From positions 170,625 through 234,445 of the forward strand of contig JADIZX010000009.1 of the NCBI GenBank assembly GCA_016704525.1: a DNA stretch of 63,821 nt, read 5' to 3'. Both the position numbers and the translations under genes were made by a program. Below are positions 19,523 through 29,492 of this stretch, one piece after another (position 1 is the stretch's first letter; the number at the start of each line of letters is the position of its first letter). The DNA is from Myxococcales bacterium (lineage in GTDB: Bacteria; Myxococcota_A; Polyangia; Polyangiales; Polyangiaceae). Below the pieces are notes generated by a model that made no database searches, was not told where the DNA came from, and saw nothing but the letters and a program-made list of their open reading frames with translations.

Positions 19523-19642
19523 ATGTATCTCGTCCTCTCGAAGAAGCCCCGTAAGACCAACCGCACCAAGACGAAGCGCTTTCGCGCCAAGCTGAAGGCG
19601 AAGGATCGCGGGCGTCGCGCGCGCATCTACCAGGGCGAGTAG
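19523..19642 (+). CDS. 39-aa highly basic micro-protein MYLVLSKKPRKTNRTKTKRFRAKLKAKDRGRRARIYQGE.
   Basis: Not in the ORF track. GGAG lies 8 nt upstream of the ATG. 34 of 39 codons end in G or C. The composition is ribosomal-protein-like. Confidence 0.45.
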   Translation: MYLVLSKKPRKTNRTKTKRFRAKLKAKDRGRRARIYQGE

Positions 19643-19689
19643 CCTTCCGCGCCGCCAAAGGCGCCGCGTCGAACTTCAGGGTGCTCGCT

Positions 19690-19800
19690 CTCCGGCGGGC
19701 GCCCTGTTTTCGTCTCCCCTCCCCCTCTCCCCAGTCCCTCACCCCTCTCCCTCTCCGTCTCCCTCTCCCTCTCCCCCTCTCCCTCTCCCTCTCGCGCGGG
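19690..19800. repeat. ~100-bp polypyrimidine (CT-rich) tract containing (CTCCCT)n.
   Basis: Read directly: ...cccctccccctctccccagtccctcacccctctccctctccgtctccctctccctctccccctctccctctccctctc. Confidence 0.7.
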
Positions 19801-20155
19801 AGCACCGAGCGTGGGTGGGGCCCTCGGCCGCGGGTGGGAGGATCCGCCTGTCCGAGGTCGTCGTTCTCGCGCGGCCACACGGACCACCCAGCCCCGGACC
19901 GCGATCACGCCCCGCTCATCGCGCGGAACGACGCCGAGTTTCGGAGCAACTGTCTTTCTGCCGGGGGTGAACGATTTTTTTCGGGGGGCGATTTGGGGCG
20001 TGGGACGGCTACCGCGCCGACGGGCGACTTCGCGCGGGGCGGCGCGTAGGCGGCTTGCTTGCTCGTCGTCGGGGTGCCCTGCCGGCGGACCCGGGACCCC
20101 GCCGCCCGAGCCCGAGGGCGAGAGGGAACCTGCGTTCGTTCCTTCGTCGCAGCCC

Positions 20156-20464
<309 letters not shown>

Positions 20465-20492
20465 TCAAAGATAGCTCCGGACCGAGATACAA

Positions 20493-20518
20493 GGGGCCCT
20501 CCCGCGGACGAGGGCCCC
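20493..20518 (-). terminator. Intrinsic-terminator-like hairpin (GGGGCCCTC-N8-GAGGGCCCC) downstream of the YebC operon.
   Basis: A perfect 9-bp GC stem. On the minus strand it is followed by the T-rich stretch TTGTATCT. Confidence 0.45.
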
Positions 20519-20608
20519 ACCCACGCGGGTGGCACCGCGCGCTCCCCCACCCGTCCCCGCGCACCGCGCGCACCTCCCCCCGCACCGCACCCCCGCGCCC
20601 CCAGCCCG

Positions 20609-21313
20609 CTACGCGAGCCCCACAAACAGGTTCTGCACGTCGTCGTCGTCGTCGAGCGCCGCGAGGAACGCCTCGACCTCGGCGCGCGCGGCGTCGTCGA
20701 GCGTGGCGGCGCTCACCGGGTTCTTCGGCCGCCACACGAGGGAGAACTTGGCGACGGAGAAGCCCCGCTCGGCGAGGGCCTTCGCCACGGCGTCGACCTC
20801 GGCCGGGCTCGTGTAGAAGCTCGTCGCGCCGTCTTCGGCGGGCTCGAGATCGTCCGCGCCGGCCTCGAGCGCGGCCTCCTCCGGGTCGGCGCCGGCGGGC
20901 GCTGTGGCCTCGACGTGGCCCACGCGCGCGAAGTCCCACGAGACGGCGCCCGAGGCCGCCAGCTGGCCTTTCTTGAACAACATCCGCACGTTCGCCGACG
21001 TTCGATTTTTGTTGTCGGTCAGGCACTCGACGATGACCGGCACCTGGTGTGGGGCGAACCCCTCGTACGTGACGCTCTCGTAGACGGCCGCTCCGTCGAG
21101 GAGCCCGGCGCCCTTCTTGATGGCGCGCTCGATGGTGTCGCGGGTCATCGACTGCTTACGCGCGGCCTCCACCGCCATGCGCAGGCTCGCGTTCGCCGCG
21201 GGATCGGCGCCGCCGCGCGCGGCGATGGCGATCTCCTTCGCCAGCTTGGTGAAGATCTTCCCCTTCGCGTTGGCGGCTGCCTCGCGATGCTTCTGCTTCC
21301 ACTGTGCGCCCAC
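20609..21313 (-). CDS. YebC/PmpR-family probable transcriptional regulator.
   Basis: ...[54 protein letters not shown]... is canonical YebC. A GTG start was inferred at 21311-21313. Confidence 0.8.
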   Translation of the reverse strand: MGAQWKQKHREAAANAKGKIFTKLAKEIAIAARGGADPAANASLRMAVEAARKQSMTRDTIERAIKKGAGLLDGAAVYESVTYEGFAPHQVPVIVECLTDNKNRTSANVRMLFKKGQLAASGAVSWDFARVGHVEATAPAGADPEEAALEAGADDLEPAEDGATSFYTSPAEVDAVAKALAERGFSVAKFSLVWRPKNPVSAATLDDAARAEVEAFLAALDDDDDVQNLFVGLA

Positions 21314-21348
21314 GGAGCGCCGTCTAGCACATCGAGGGAGCCGCCGCG

Positions 21349-22191
21349 CTAAGCGGTCGCGCCGAAGAGCCTCGCGCGCGCGCGGTCGATCATGCCCATG
21401 GCCGCGTGCGCCTTCGTGTCGTCGCGCACCGCGAGGCCGACCCGCCGCATCCACGCGAGCTCTTCGGGGTCGAGCGGGCCGCGGTCGAGCGCGTCGAGCG
21501 CGGCGTCGAGCTCGCGGCCGTCCTTCGGGCCCGCCAGCGTGGCGTGCACGTGGGGGCTCGTGAGCGCGAACCGGTAGCAGTCGCTCGCGCTGGGGACGCG
21601 CTCGCCCGGCGGGACGAGCCGCGGGTTGAGCAGCGAGCCCCACCGCGTCGCGGTGAACGCGAGCACGCCGGGCGACGCGTCGAGGTTCGGGAAGACCTCG
21701 CGCTCGGCGCCGGGGTGCGCGGCGTTGTAGCGCACCATCACCCCGTCGACCCCGTCGAGCTGCGCCATGCGCGGCAGGAGCGTGCGCTCGTGCGACGAGA
21801 TGACAATCTGCTTGACCATTCCGCGCTCGCGCAGCGCCAAGGCGGCGTCGAGGATGCGGCGCGGCGGCAGCTCGTTCCACCAGCCGAGGCTGAGCACGTC
21901 GACGTAGTCGGTGCGGAGCGCGCGCAGCGCCAGCAGGACTGAGGGCCGCATGAGGAAGCCGAGGCGCGTGTAGCTCTGGATGGCGAGCACGACCGAGCCG
22001 CGGTCGCGCGCCGCGAGGCGCCGCAGGCCCGCGCCGAACGACCGGCGCCGCCGCAGCCCCCAGAAGAAGAAGTTCACCCCGCGCTCGTACGCGCGCTCGA
22101 GATCTTCACCGCCGACGCCGTAGCTCGAGGCGATCGCCACGCGGCTCACGAGCGGCCCGCCCGCCCCGAAGGGCACTCGTTCGAAGGTCAT
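21349..22191 (-). CDS. Aldo/keto reductase family oxidoreductase.
   Basis: AKR-like ...GVNFFFWG...[13 protein letters not shown]... It sits on the same strand, in series between the SDR and YebC genes. Confidence 0.7.
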   Translation of the reverse strand: MTFERVPFGAGGPLVSRVAIASSYGVGGEDLERAYERGVNFFFWGLRRRRSFGAGLRRLAARDRGSVVLAIQSYTRLGFLMRPSVLLALRALRTDYVDVLSLGWWNELPPRRILDAALALRERGMVKQIVISSHERTLLPRMAQLDGVDGVMVRYNAAHPGAEREVFPNLDASPGVLAFTATRWGSLLNPRLVPPGERVPSASDCYRFALTSPHVHATLAGPKDGRELDAALDALDRGPLDPEELAWMRRVGLAVRDDTKAHAAMGMIDRARARLFGATA

Positions 22192-22201
22192 GGCGCGCTC
22201 C

Positions 22202-23014
22202 TCACGAGGCCCGGTCCGAGGCGGGGAGCGCCTTCAGGGCCGGAGTGAACCGGTCCATGACCCAGCGCGTGGTCCCGGGGAACCACCGGCTGAGCGCGCC
22301 CGAGCGCGGGTAGATCACGCGGGCGGTCTTGCGCTCGATCGCCAGCCGAACGAGGCGCGAGAGCTCGGCCTCGGTGCCCGTGGGGAACGCCGAGAGCAGC
22401 TTCGACTCCTCGAACTTGTTCATCGCCGCCTGCGCCATCTCGGTGGAGGCGATGATGCCGGGGTACACGGTGACCACGTGCACGCCCGTGCCGCGCAGCT
22501 CGCCGCGCAGCGACTCCGAGGCGGCGGCGAGGCCAGCCTTGGCCGCGTTGTAGTGGGTCATCCCCGGGGTGGGCGCGAGGGCGGCCATCGACGCGACGTC
22601 GACGATCGTGCCGCTCCCGCGGGCCAACATCGCGGGCAGCACGGCCCGCGTGAGGCGCAGGGGCACGAGGAGATCGACGGCCAGGAGCGCGTCGGCCTCG
22701 TCGGGATCGACCGTGGCGGTAGGCGCCACGATCTGCACGCCCGCGTTGTTCACGAGCACGTCGACAGGTCCGAGCGCCTCCTCCGCGGCGGGGAGCCACC
22801 CCGCGGCGTTCTTCGCGTCCGAGAGATCCCACGGCGCCACGTGCACGCGCGCGCCTGCGCTCCCCGCAGGCGTGGCCTGGGCCAGCTCGGCGGCGAGGGC
22901 GCGGAGGCGGTCCTCCCGCCGCGCGACGAGCGTGAGGGAGTGGCCGTGCTTCGCGAGCTCGCGGGCGAGAGAGGCTCCGATGCCAGACGAGGCTCCAGTG
23001 ATGGCGATGTGCAT
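22202..23014 (-). CDS. SDR family oxidoreductase.
   Basis: Start MHIAITGASSGIGASLAREL (Rossmann TGxxxGIG) with a GGAGCC RBS. A YxxxK motif (YNAAK) is present. Confidence 0.85.
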   Translation of the reverse strand: MHIAITGASSGIGASLARELAKHGHSLTLVARREDRLRALAAELAQATPAGSAGARVHVAPWDLSDAKNAAGWLPAAEEALGPVDVLVNNAGVQIVAPTATVDPDEADALLAVDLLVPLRLTRAVLPAMLARGSGTIVDVASMAALAPTPGMTHYNAAKAGLAAASESLRGELRGTGVHVVTVYPGIIASTEMAQAAMNKFEESKLLSAFPTGTEAELSRLVRLAIERKTARVIYPRSGALSRWFPGTTRWVMDRFTPALKALPASDRAS

Positions 23015-23122
23015 GTGAGGCTCCGAGGTGGAGGTGCGTGGTTCGAGCGTTGTGACTGTTTTGGTTTTTTGGTCAGCGCGACGCATGATGAAGTCGAAGT
23101 GCGCGGCGCGAAGAAGACGGGC

Positions 23123-23704
23123 TTAGCGCGCGCAGAGGCCGTGGAGGACGAGGTCGAGCCCGACGCGGACGCGCGCCTCGACCTCCCGGGCGCGCGAAGG
23201 GCTCCCCTCGAGGCCGCGGTAGGCGGCGAGCTGGAAGTCTTGGAGGAGGCTGGCGACGGTGTCGATCTCGAGGTCGGCCCGAAAGAGCTCCTGGCGGACG
23301 CCGATGCGGAGCACCTCGACCACGTTCGCGCGACCGACCTCGCGGAGGCCTTCGAGGCGCTCGGACCAGTCGGGCAGGGCGCGCAGGGTCTCGCCGAGCA
23401 GCAAATCGAGCACCAGCGGGTGCCGCTCGACGTGCTGCATCGCCGTGGTGAGGAGCGTACCCAGGAGCTGGTCGGCGGGCACCCGGGGGTCGATGGTGCG
23501 CGCGCACTCCGACTGCCACGCGCGGACCTCGCGGTGGAGCACCTGGTAGAAGAGGTCCTCCTCCGAGTCGGCGGCGAGGTAGACGGTGCCCTTGCCCACG
23601 CCTGCCTCGCGCGCGATGTCGTCGATGGACGCCTTCTTGAACCCGAAGCGCGAGAAAGCGCGGGCGGCCTGGAGCAGAATGCAGTCTTTCTTGGCGGCGT
23701 CCAA
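23123..23704 (-). CDS. TetR/AcrR family transcriptional regulator.
   Basis: HTH ...ILLQAARAFSRFGFKKASIDDIAREAGVGKGTVYLAA. A TTG start is inferred. An AT-rich divergent intergenic region carries a GACTGA-N15-TCAGTC inverted repeat. Confidence 0.75.
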   Translation of the reverse strand: MDAAKKDCILLQAARAFSRFGFKKASIDDIAREAGVGKGTVYLAADSEEDLFYQVLHREVRAWQSECARTIDPRVPADQLLGTLLTTAMQHVERHPLVLDLLLGETLRALPDWSERLEGLREVGRANVVEVLRIGVRQELFRADLEIDTVASLLQDFQLAAYRGLEGSPSRAREVEARVRVGLDLVLHGLCAR

Positions 23705-23779
23705 CGAGTGACTGATATAGTTCTCCAGTCAGTCCTGTCAAGGCGGCCCGGGTCGGTGATCCGGGGGTAGCCTCAGGCG

Positions 23780-24751
23780 ATGGCCCCCGAGCTCCAGACC
23801 CCGCGCCTCGTCCTCCGGCCCCCCGACGCCGGCGACGCCGACGCCTTCTTCTCCATGTGCTCCGACCCGGCGGTGATGGAACATTTCCCGGCGACGCTCA
23901 CGCGGGCGGAGAGCGATGCCCTGCTCGGGAGGATCCAGGCGGGCATGACAGAACGAGGGTTCGGCGTGTGGGCCGTGGTCGTGCCCGAGGTCACGCCGTT
24001 CGCGGGGCTCGTGGGCCTCTCTGTGCCCGGGTTCATCCCCGGGATAGAGCTCGCGTGGCGGCTCGCCGTGCCCTTCTGGGGCCGCGGCTACGCGCGCGAG
24101 GCGGCCGGCGCGGCCATCACCTTCGCGTTCGAGACGCTCGACGCCGCGCAGCTCGTGGCCTTCACCACCCCCATGAACCGCCGCTCCCTGCGGGTGATGG
24201 AGGCGCTCGGCATGGAACGCGACGAGGCCTCGGACTTCGACCACCCGCGCGTGGCGCCGGGCCACAGGCTACGGCGCCACGTGGTCTATCGCCTCGCGCG
24301 TCAGCCTCGCCCGCCGAGCGAGCCCGACCGCAGCGCGAAGGGTGTCGCCGCGCGGTTCGCCGCCGCGCTCGACGCCGACGCGTTCGAGGTCGTGAGGCCG
24401 CTCTTGGCGCCCGAGTGTGTGTACGAGGTGCGCGGCGAGACGCTCGTCGGGCGCGACGCGATCCTTCGCTCGTACGCGGCGGCCTCGCGGGCGGGGCGGC
24501 GCAGGTTCGACCACGTGACCTACGCGAGCGCGGTCGAGGACACCGAGGTCGGCGCGCTCGTGCGCTTCGTCGACGTGCTCGGGCTCGGCGGGCGCGAGCA
24601 CCGCCATACGTCCCACCAGCACCTGACCCTCGGGCCCTCGGGGAGCCGCGTGACGCGCATCGTACACGAGGACCTGCCCGGAGAGCGGGAGGCCCTCGCG
24701 GCCTTCGAAGCGGCCGGGGTCGCCGCGCGCGGCGGCGATCTCAGCGGGTGA
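23780..24751 (+). CDS. GNAT family N-acetyltransferase (RimJ/RimL-like) fused to a C-terminal SnoaL/NTF2-like domain.
   Basis: N-terminal motif PRLVLRPPDAGDADAFF...GFGVWAVV... and a ~140-aa C-terminal extension. Confidence 0.7.
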   Translation: MAPELQTPRLVLRPPDAGDADAFFSMCSDPAVMEHFPATLTRAESDALLGRIQAGMTERGFGVWAVVVPEVTPFAGLVGLSVPGFIPGIELAWRLAVPFWGRGYAREAAGAAITFAFETLDAAQLVAFTTPMNRRSLRVMEALGMERDEASDFDHPRVAPGHRLRRHVVYRLARQPRPPSEPDRSAKGVAARFAAALDADAFEVVRPLLAPECVYEVRGETLVGRDAILRSYAAASRAGRRRFDHVTYASAVEDTEVGALVRFVDVLGLGGREHRHTSHQHLTLGPSGSRVTRIVHEDLPGEREALAAFEAAGVAARGGDLSG

Positions 24752-25241
24752 GCTTCCCGATGATGTCGGCGTGCTGAGGGAACCGCGCGAGGAGGGCCGC
24801 GCGGTCGTCCATCACGAAGTCGGCGAACTCGAAGCCCGGCGACACCGTGCAGCCCACGAGGGCGTAGGGCGCGTCGCCCTCGGGGTAGCTGCCGAACACG
24901 CGCCCGTGCGGCACCACGTGGAAGGGCCGCTCGCCGCGCGCGTAGTCCTTGCCGAGCAGCAGATCCCGACGCTCACCGGCCGCGTCGATCGTGACGACGC
25001 GGAGGGCGCCGCCGTCGTAGTGGTGCCAGCACTCGTCGCTCGCGATGGTGTGGAGCGACGAGAACGTGCCGTGCGGCACCATGAAGTAGATCGCGGTCGA
25101 GAAGCTGCGAGCGGCGGGGAAGCGGCCAGGGAGCGCGCCCTGCGCGACGCCCTCGGTCGCGCGGTAGACCTCGCGGTAGAAGCCACCCTCGGGGTGCGGC
25201 GCGAGCTCGAGCTCGGAGACGAGCAGGTGGGCGGGGAGCAT
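24741..25241 (-). CDS. Cupin (DUF985-like) domain protein.
   Basis: ...HPEGGFYREVYRA...FSSLHTIASDECWHHYDGG... The start is MLPAHLL, with GTG 25277 as an alternative. Confidence 0.6.
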   Translation of the reverse strand: MLPAHLLVSELELAPHPEGGFYREVYRATEGVAQGALPGRFPAARSFSTAIYFMVPHGTFSSLHTIASDECWHHYDGGALRVVTIDAAGERRDLLLGKDYARGERPFHVVPHGRVFGSYPEGDAPYALVGCTVSPGFEFADFVMDDRAALLARFPQHADIIGKLTR

Positions 25242-25430
25242 ACGTGAAGAGTACACGGAATCGCAGGCGTGCGTCACGCCACGGCGGGCGGGCCGACGCG
25301 CAGCGCGAGGCGGCCGGGGAGCGGCAGCGCTCCCACGCCTAGAAGCGCGGTTGGATCACGCGGGTGGCGCGCACGAATCTCATCGTGACGGTAGCAGGAA
25401 GGCGCTCTCACCCCTGTTGGGCGGCCTTGG

Positions 25431-26546
25431 TCAGCCGAGGATCTCGAGCAGCGCCTGCACCGACGCGTTGATCTCTTCGTCGCGGATTCCGTAGAAGAGC
25501 GGCAGGTTGACCACGCTCTTGCAGAGGGCGCGCGAGTGCTCGAGCGTGCCGAACGGGATGGCCACGCCCTTCGTGGGCGGCTGCGCGTCCATGGGCTCGG
25601 GGTAGGTGCGGGCGGCGCCGATGCCCTTCGCCTTGAGCGCGTCGACGATCTCCTGGCCGCCGCGGCCCTGCACCGTGAACACGTTGAGGTAGCCGTTCTC
25701 GACCACGCCCGCCGGGGGGCCGTACACGCGCAGCTTGCCGTGGCTCGAGAGGCGCTCGCGGTAACGCTCGGCGGCAGCGCGGCGCGTGGACACGATCTCG
25801 GGGGCGAGCTCGAGCACGGCGTTCAAGAACGCCGCCTGCACGCCGCCCATGCGCGAGTTCCAGCCCACGTGAGCGTAGGCGTAGTGGTCGGCGCGGCCGT
25901 GGTTGCAGAGCGAGCGCACGAGCTTCTCCTGCTCGGCCGTCTGGAGGGTGATGGCGCCGCCGTCCATCGCGCCGCCGATGACCTTCGCCGGGTAGAACGA
26001 CAGCGTGCCTACCGTGGCCTTGGAGAGCACCGGCTCGCCCGCGACCTCGACACCGAAGCACTGCGCGCCGTCCTCGAGGAGGCCGATGTTGCGCTCCGCG
26101 CAGAACGCGCGGATGTCGGCGAGGCGGGCCGAAGCCCAGCCGTAGAGGTGCACGAGCGCCACGGCCTCGAAGCGGTGCGCCTCGTGGGCCTTCTTCAGCT
26201 CGTCGAAGCTGAGCTGGAGATCGTCGGGGTCGATGTCGACCAGCACCGGGATGGCGCCCAGCACGGCGACCGCCTCGTACGTGGCCCAGAACGTGAGGTT
26301 CGGGACGGCGACCTTCGTGCCCGCCTTCACGCCGAGCGCCTGGAGCCCGACGATGAGCGCGTCGGTGCCGTTGGCGCACGACACGGTCCGCGGCACCGCC
26401 AGGATCTTGGAGAGGTTCTGCTCCACGCGCGCGACGCCGGGGCCACCGACGAACTCGCAGCGATCGAGGCAGCCCTTCCAGGCGGCGTGGACGTCGGCGG
26501 AGACTTTCTGGGTAACGCGGGAGAGGTCGATGAAGGGTACTTGCAC
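25431..26546 (-). CDS. DegT/DnrJ/EryC1/StrS family sugar aminotransferase (PLP-dependent).
   Basis: Full-length fold type I sugar aminotransferase, with ...NGTDALIVGLQALGV... and ...SFYPAKVIGGAMDGGAI... Confidence 0.85.
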   Translation of the reverse strand: MQVPFIDLSRVTQKVSADVHAAWKGCLDRCEFVGGPGVARVEQNLSKILAVPRTVSCANGTDALIVGLQALGVKAGTKVAVPNLTFWATYEAVAVLGAIPVLVDIDPDDLQLSFDELKKAHEAHRFEAVALVHLYGWASARLADIRAFCAERNIGLLEDGAQCFGVEVAGEPVLSKATVGTLSFYPAKVIGGAMDGGAITLQTAEQEKLVRSLCNHGRADHYAYAHVGWNSRMGGVQAAFLNAVLELAPEIVSTRRAAAERYRERLSSHGKLRVYGPPAGVVENGYLNVFTVQGRGGQEIVDALKAKGIGAARTYPEPMDAQPPTKGVAIPFGTLEHSRALCKSVVNLPLFYGIRDEEINASVQALLEILG

Positions 26547-26691
26547 GAGGCGCTCCTTAGCATGGGGCGGCGGCGGCGCGCGAGGTGGCCGCCCACGGCT
26601 TCATTGAAAAAGGGTGGGGTCGGCGGCTTCGTTGCTCCCGGGGCCACCGGCGTTCGAGCGCTCCATGGGGCGCCACAAGAAAGAGCGTCTT

Positions 26692-27399
26692 ATGCTACGA
26701 GTTCGCGCCATGGGCGAGTCGTACGATCCGCAGAACGAGGCCGAGTTCGACGCCCACGCGGGCACCTACGCCGAGCTTCACGCCTCAAGCGTGAAGGCGA
26801 GCGGCGAGGACCCTGCGTACTTCTCGGAGTACAAGCAGAAGTGGCTTGAGCGCATGTTCAGCGCCGATCCGCGGCCGGTGCTCGACTTCGGGTGCGGCAT
26901 TGGCAACCTCACGCACCTGCTCGAGCGCTCGTTCCCTGTCGTACACGGCTTCGATCCCTCCAAGAAGAGCGTCGAGATGGCCCGCGAGCGCGCGCCTGGG
27001 GCCACCTTCTTCGACGACAAGGCGGGCCTCCCTCGAGACACCTACGGCACCATCGTGCTCGCCAACGTGCTCCACCACGTGCGGCCCTCGGACCGCGCCG
27101 ATCTCGTGGGCGAGCTCGCGAAGCTCCTCGCCCCGGGCGGGCGCCTCGTGATCTTCGAGCACAACCCTCTGAACCCCGTCACGGTGAACGCCGTGCAGGC
27201 CTGCGCGTTCGACGCTGACGCCGTGCTCCTCTTCCCGTGGGAGGTGACACGCCTGCTCGACGGCGCCGGGCTGACGAAGCGCAAGCTCGACTTCATCGTC
27301 TTCTTCCCGCGCCAGCTCGCGAGGCTTCGCCCGCTCGAGCCCTTCCTCGCGCGCGTCCCCGTTGGCGCGCAGGTGTGCGCGTGGGCCGAGCGGCGCTGA
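26692..27399 (+). CDS. Class I SAM-dependent methyltransferase.
   Basis: VLDFGCGIGNLT (motif I) and LVIFEHNPLNP. The start ATG 26692 follows AAGAAAGAG. The track ORF begins at GTG 26614. Confidence 0.75.
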   Translation: MLRVRAMGESYDPQNEAEFDAHAGTYAELHASSVKASGEDPAYFSEYKQKWLERMFSADPRPVLDFGCGIGNLTHLLERSFPVVHGFDPSKKSVEMARERAPGATFFDDKAGLPRDTYGTIVLANVLHHVRPSDRADLVGELAKLLAPGGRLVIFEHNPLNPVTVNAVQACAFDADAVLLFPWEVTRLLDGAGLTKRKLDFIVFFPRQLARLRPLEPFLARVPVGAQVCAWAERR

Positions 27400-27462
27400 A
27401 GAATCGGCGGCGTGACCTTCGAGCGACCCCGCGGATCCCGGGCGGCTGCGAGCCGCGCGCGC

Positions 27463-28647
27463 TCAGCGGTTCTTCTTGGCCAGGTCGGCGAGGCCGGCCG
27501 GCGCGGGCACGCCCATGACGGTCTTGGCTTCTGCGTCGGCGTTCGCGTCGGTCACGACGCGCGCCTTCGAGGGCTCGGGATCGTCGATCGACTCGACGGA
27601 CTGCTCGCCGAGGTAGGTGTGATCTTCACCGTCGGCCGTGTCGTCGGTGACGACCCGGGTGGCGGGCGGGTACATCGAGCTCGCCACGTCGAGCTCGCTC
27701 GTGTCGGGCGAGAGCGGCATGTTCTGCGTCTCGCGGAGCACGTAGAGCGGGCGCGCCTTCACCTGCTCGTAGATGCGACCCACGTACTCGCCGAGAATGC
27801 CAATCATCAGCAGCTGCACGGCAGCGAGCAGCGACACGAGCACGGTGACGGCGGTCCAGCCCGGGACGGTCGCGTCGAAGACGAACTTCGCGAGGACCGC
27901 CCACGCGGCCACGCCCACGGCGCCGACCGCGATGATCGCGCCCGCATAGGTGGCGAGGCGCAGCGGCAGGACGCTGAAGCTCGTGATGCCGTCAGCCGCG
28001 AACTTGAGCATCTTTCGCAGCGGGTATTTGGTCTCGCCCGCGAAGCGTCCCGCGCGGTCGTAGAGCACCGCGGTCTGCTTGAAGCCGACCCAGGAGACCA
28101 TGCCGCGCACGAACCTGTGCACCTCGCGGAGCTCGCGGAGGGCCACCACCACGCGGCGGCTCATGAGGCGGAAGTCGCCGGTGTCGAGCGGCACCTCGAT
28201 GGGGATCATCGCCGCGAAGAGCCGATAGAACCAGCGCGCGGTGAGCAGCTTGAACCACGTCTCGCCCGCGCGACTGCGGCGCTTGCCGTAGACGACGTCG
28301 TAGCCTTCGCGCCACTTCGCGACCATTTCGGCCACGACCTCGGGGGGGTCCTGGAGGTCGGCGTCCATGACCACGACAGCCTCGCCGCGCGCGTAGTCGA
28401 TTCCGGCGGTGATGGCGACCTGGTGGCCGAAATTGCGAGCAAAGCTCAGCACTTTGTAGCGAGGCTGCGCGCGCGCCATGTCGCGCAGGAGCCGGAGCGA
28501 GTCGTCCTTCGAACCGTCGTCGACGAAGATGACCTCGGTGTCGGCGGGCAGCTGCCCCATGAACTCCGTGAGACGCGCGCGGAGCTCCGGGAGGACCTCG
28601 GCCTCGTTGAAGATCGGGAGCACGAGGCTGAGGGTCGGTCGCTTCAT
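27463..28647 (-). CDS. GT2 polyprenyl-phosphate glycosyltransferase (ArnC/DPM1-like) with C-terminal TM helices and an acidic ~100-aa tail.
   Basis: Start MKRPTLSLVLPIFNEAEVLPEL...VIFVDDGSKDDS...VVVMDADLQDPPE. Two C-terminal TM helices are followed by a D/E-rich tail. Confidence 0.85.
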   Translation of the reverse strand: MKRPTLSLVLPIFNEAEVLPELRARLTEFMGQLPADTEVIFVDDGSKDDSLRLLRDMARAQPRYKVLSFARNFGHQVAITAGIDYARGEAVVVMDADLQDPPEVVAEMVAKWREGYDVVYGKRRSRAGETWFKLLTARWFYRLFAAMIPIEVPLDTGDFRLMSRRVVVALRELREVHRFVRGMVSWVGFKQTAVLYDRAGRFAGETKYPLRKMLKFAADGITSFSVLPLRLATYAGAIIAVGAVGVAAWAVLAKFVFDATVPGWTAVTVLVSLLAAVQLLMIGILGEYVGRIYEQVKARPLYVLRETQNMPLSPDTSELDVASSMYPPATRVVTDDTADGEDHTYLGEQSVESIDDPEPSKARVVTDANADAEAKTVMGVPAPAGLADLAKKNR

Positions 28648-28733
28648 CGAGGCGAGTGGGGTCCTAGCACGAAGTCTGGGGAATTCGGGGCGGGTTTCCT
28701 TGAGAACCGCCGCGCAGGCGGTAGGCTGAGCGC

Positions 28734-29459
28734 ATGAGAACCGATTCCGCAAGAGCTCGCGCGGCGCTCATCACGTCAACCCTCGCGGCGGCGACCGCCA
28801 TGCTCGTCGGCGCGTGCGACGGCTTCGTGAAGATCGACGACCCGAGCGACGCGGGCGGCGGGGCCGACGCGCAGCTCCCGCCCCCGGGGGCCGACGCGAC
28901 CCCCACGGCGGACGTCGGCGCGCCCGACACGCTCCCGCCGCCGCCGGACGCGACCTCCGACACGCTCCCGCCGCCGCCGGACGCCGGACCCGACGCGACC
29001 CCCGACGCCGCGCCGGACGCCACCCCCGACGCGACCCCCGACGCGACCCCCGACGCCGCGCCGGACGCCACCCCCGACGCCGCGCCCCCGGCGTGCACGC
29101 GGAACCCGGTCGCCGGCCAACCCTGCGGGCCGGGCGCCACCGCGTGCGGCGAGGTCGACATCTGCTGCAATGGCGGGGACAAGTTCCGCTGCACGGCGGG
29201 GATGTGGGAGCGCTACCCCTCCGGTATCCTCTGCCTCTTTTGCGCCGCCACGCCCTGCGGCACGCAGCGCTGCCTCGGTAGCCAGTATTGCCTCGAGCGC
29301 GACGACGTCGGCGGCACCGTCCACACCTGCGTCGACTACCCAGCGGCCTGCTCCGACAGCTGGACGTGTGGCTGCGTCGCGCCGCTCGTGCCCTCGTGCC
29401 CCGGGGCCACGTGCAAGGCCACCCCAGCCCATCACCTCACCATCGCCTGCCCGCCCTGA
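28734..29459 (+). CDS. Lipoprotein with a (PDATPDA)n low-complexity linker and a Cys-rich C-terminal domain.
   Basis: Lipobox ...AMLVGAC. The in-frame tandem repeat PDATPDATPDATPDAAPDATPDAAP spans ~29000-29090. The C-terminal domain holds 16 Cys. Confidence 0.6.
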   Translation: MRTDSARARAALITSTLAAATAMLVGACDGFVKIDDPSDAGGGADAQLPPPGADATPTADVGAPDTLPPPPDATSDTLPPPPDAGPDATPDAAPDATPDATPDATPDAAPDATPDAAPPACTRNPVAGQPCGPGATACGEVDICCNGGDKFRCTAGMWERYPSGILCLFCAATPCGTQRCLGSQYCLERDDVGGTVHTCVDYPAACSDSWTCGCVAPLVPSCPGATCKATPAHHLTIACPP

Positions 29460-29492
29460 CCTCTTGCCCGATGCCGCGCGGACTCGGTCCGT

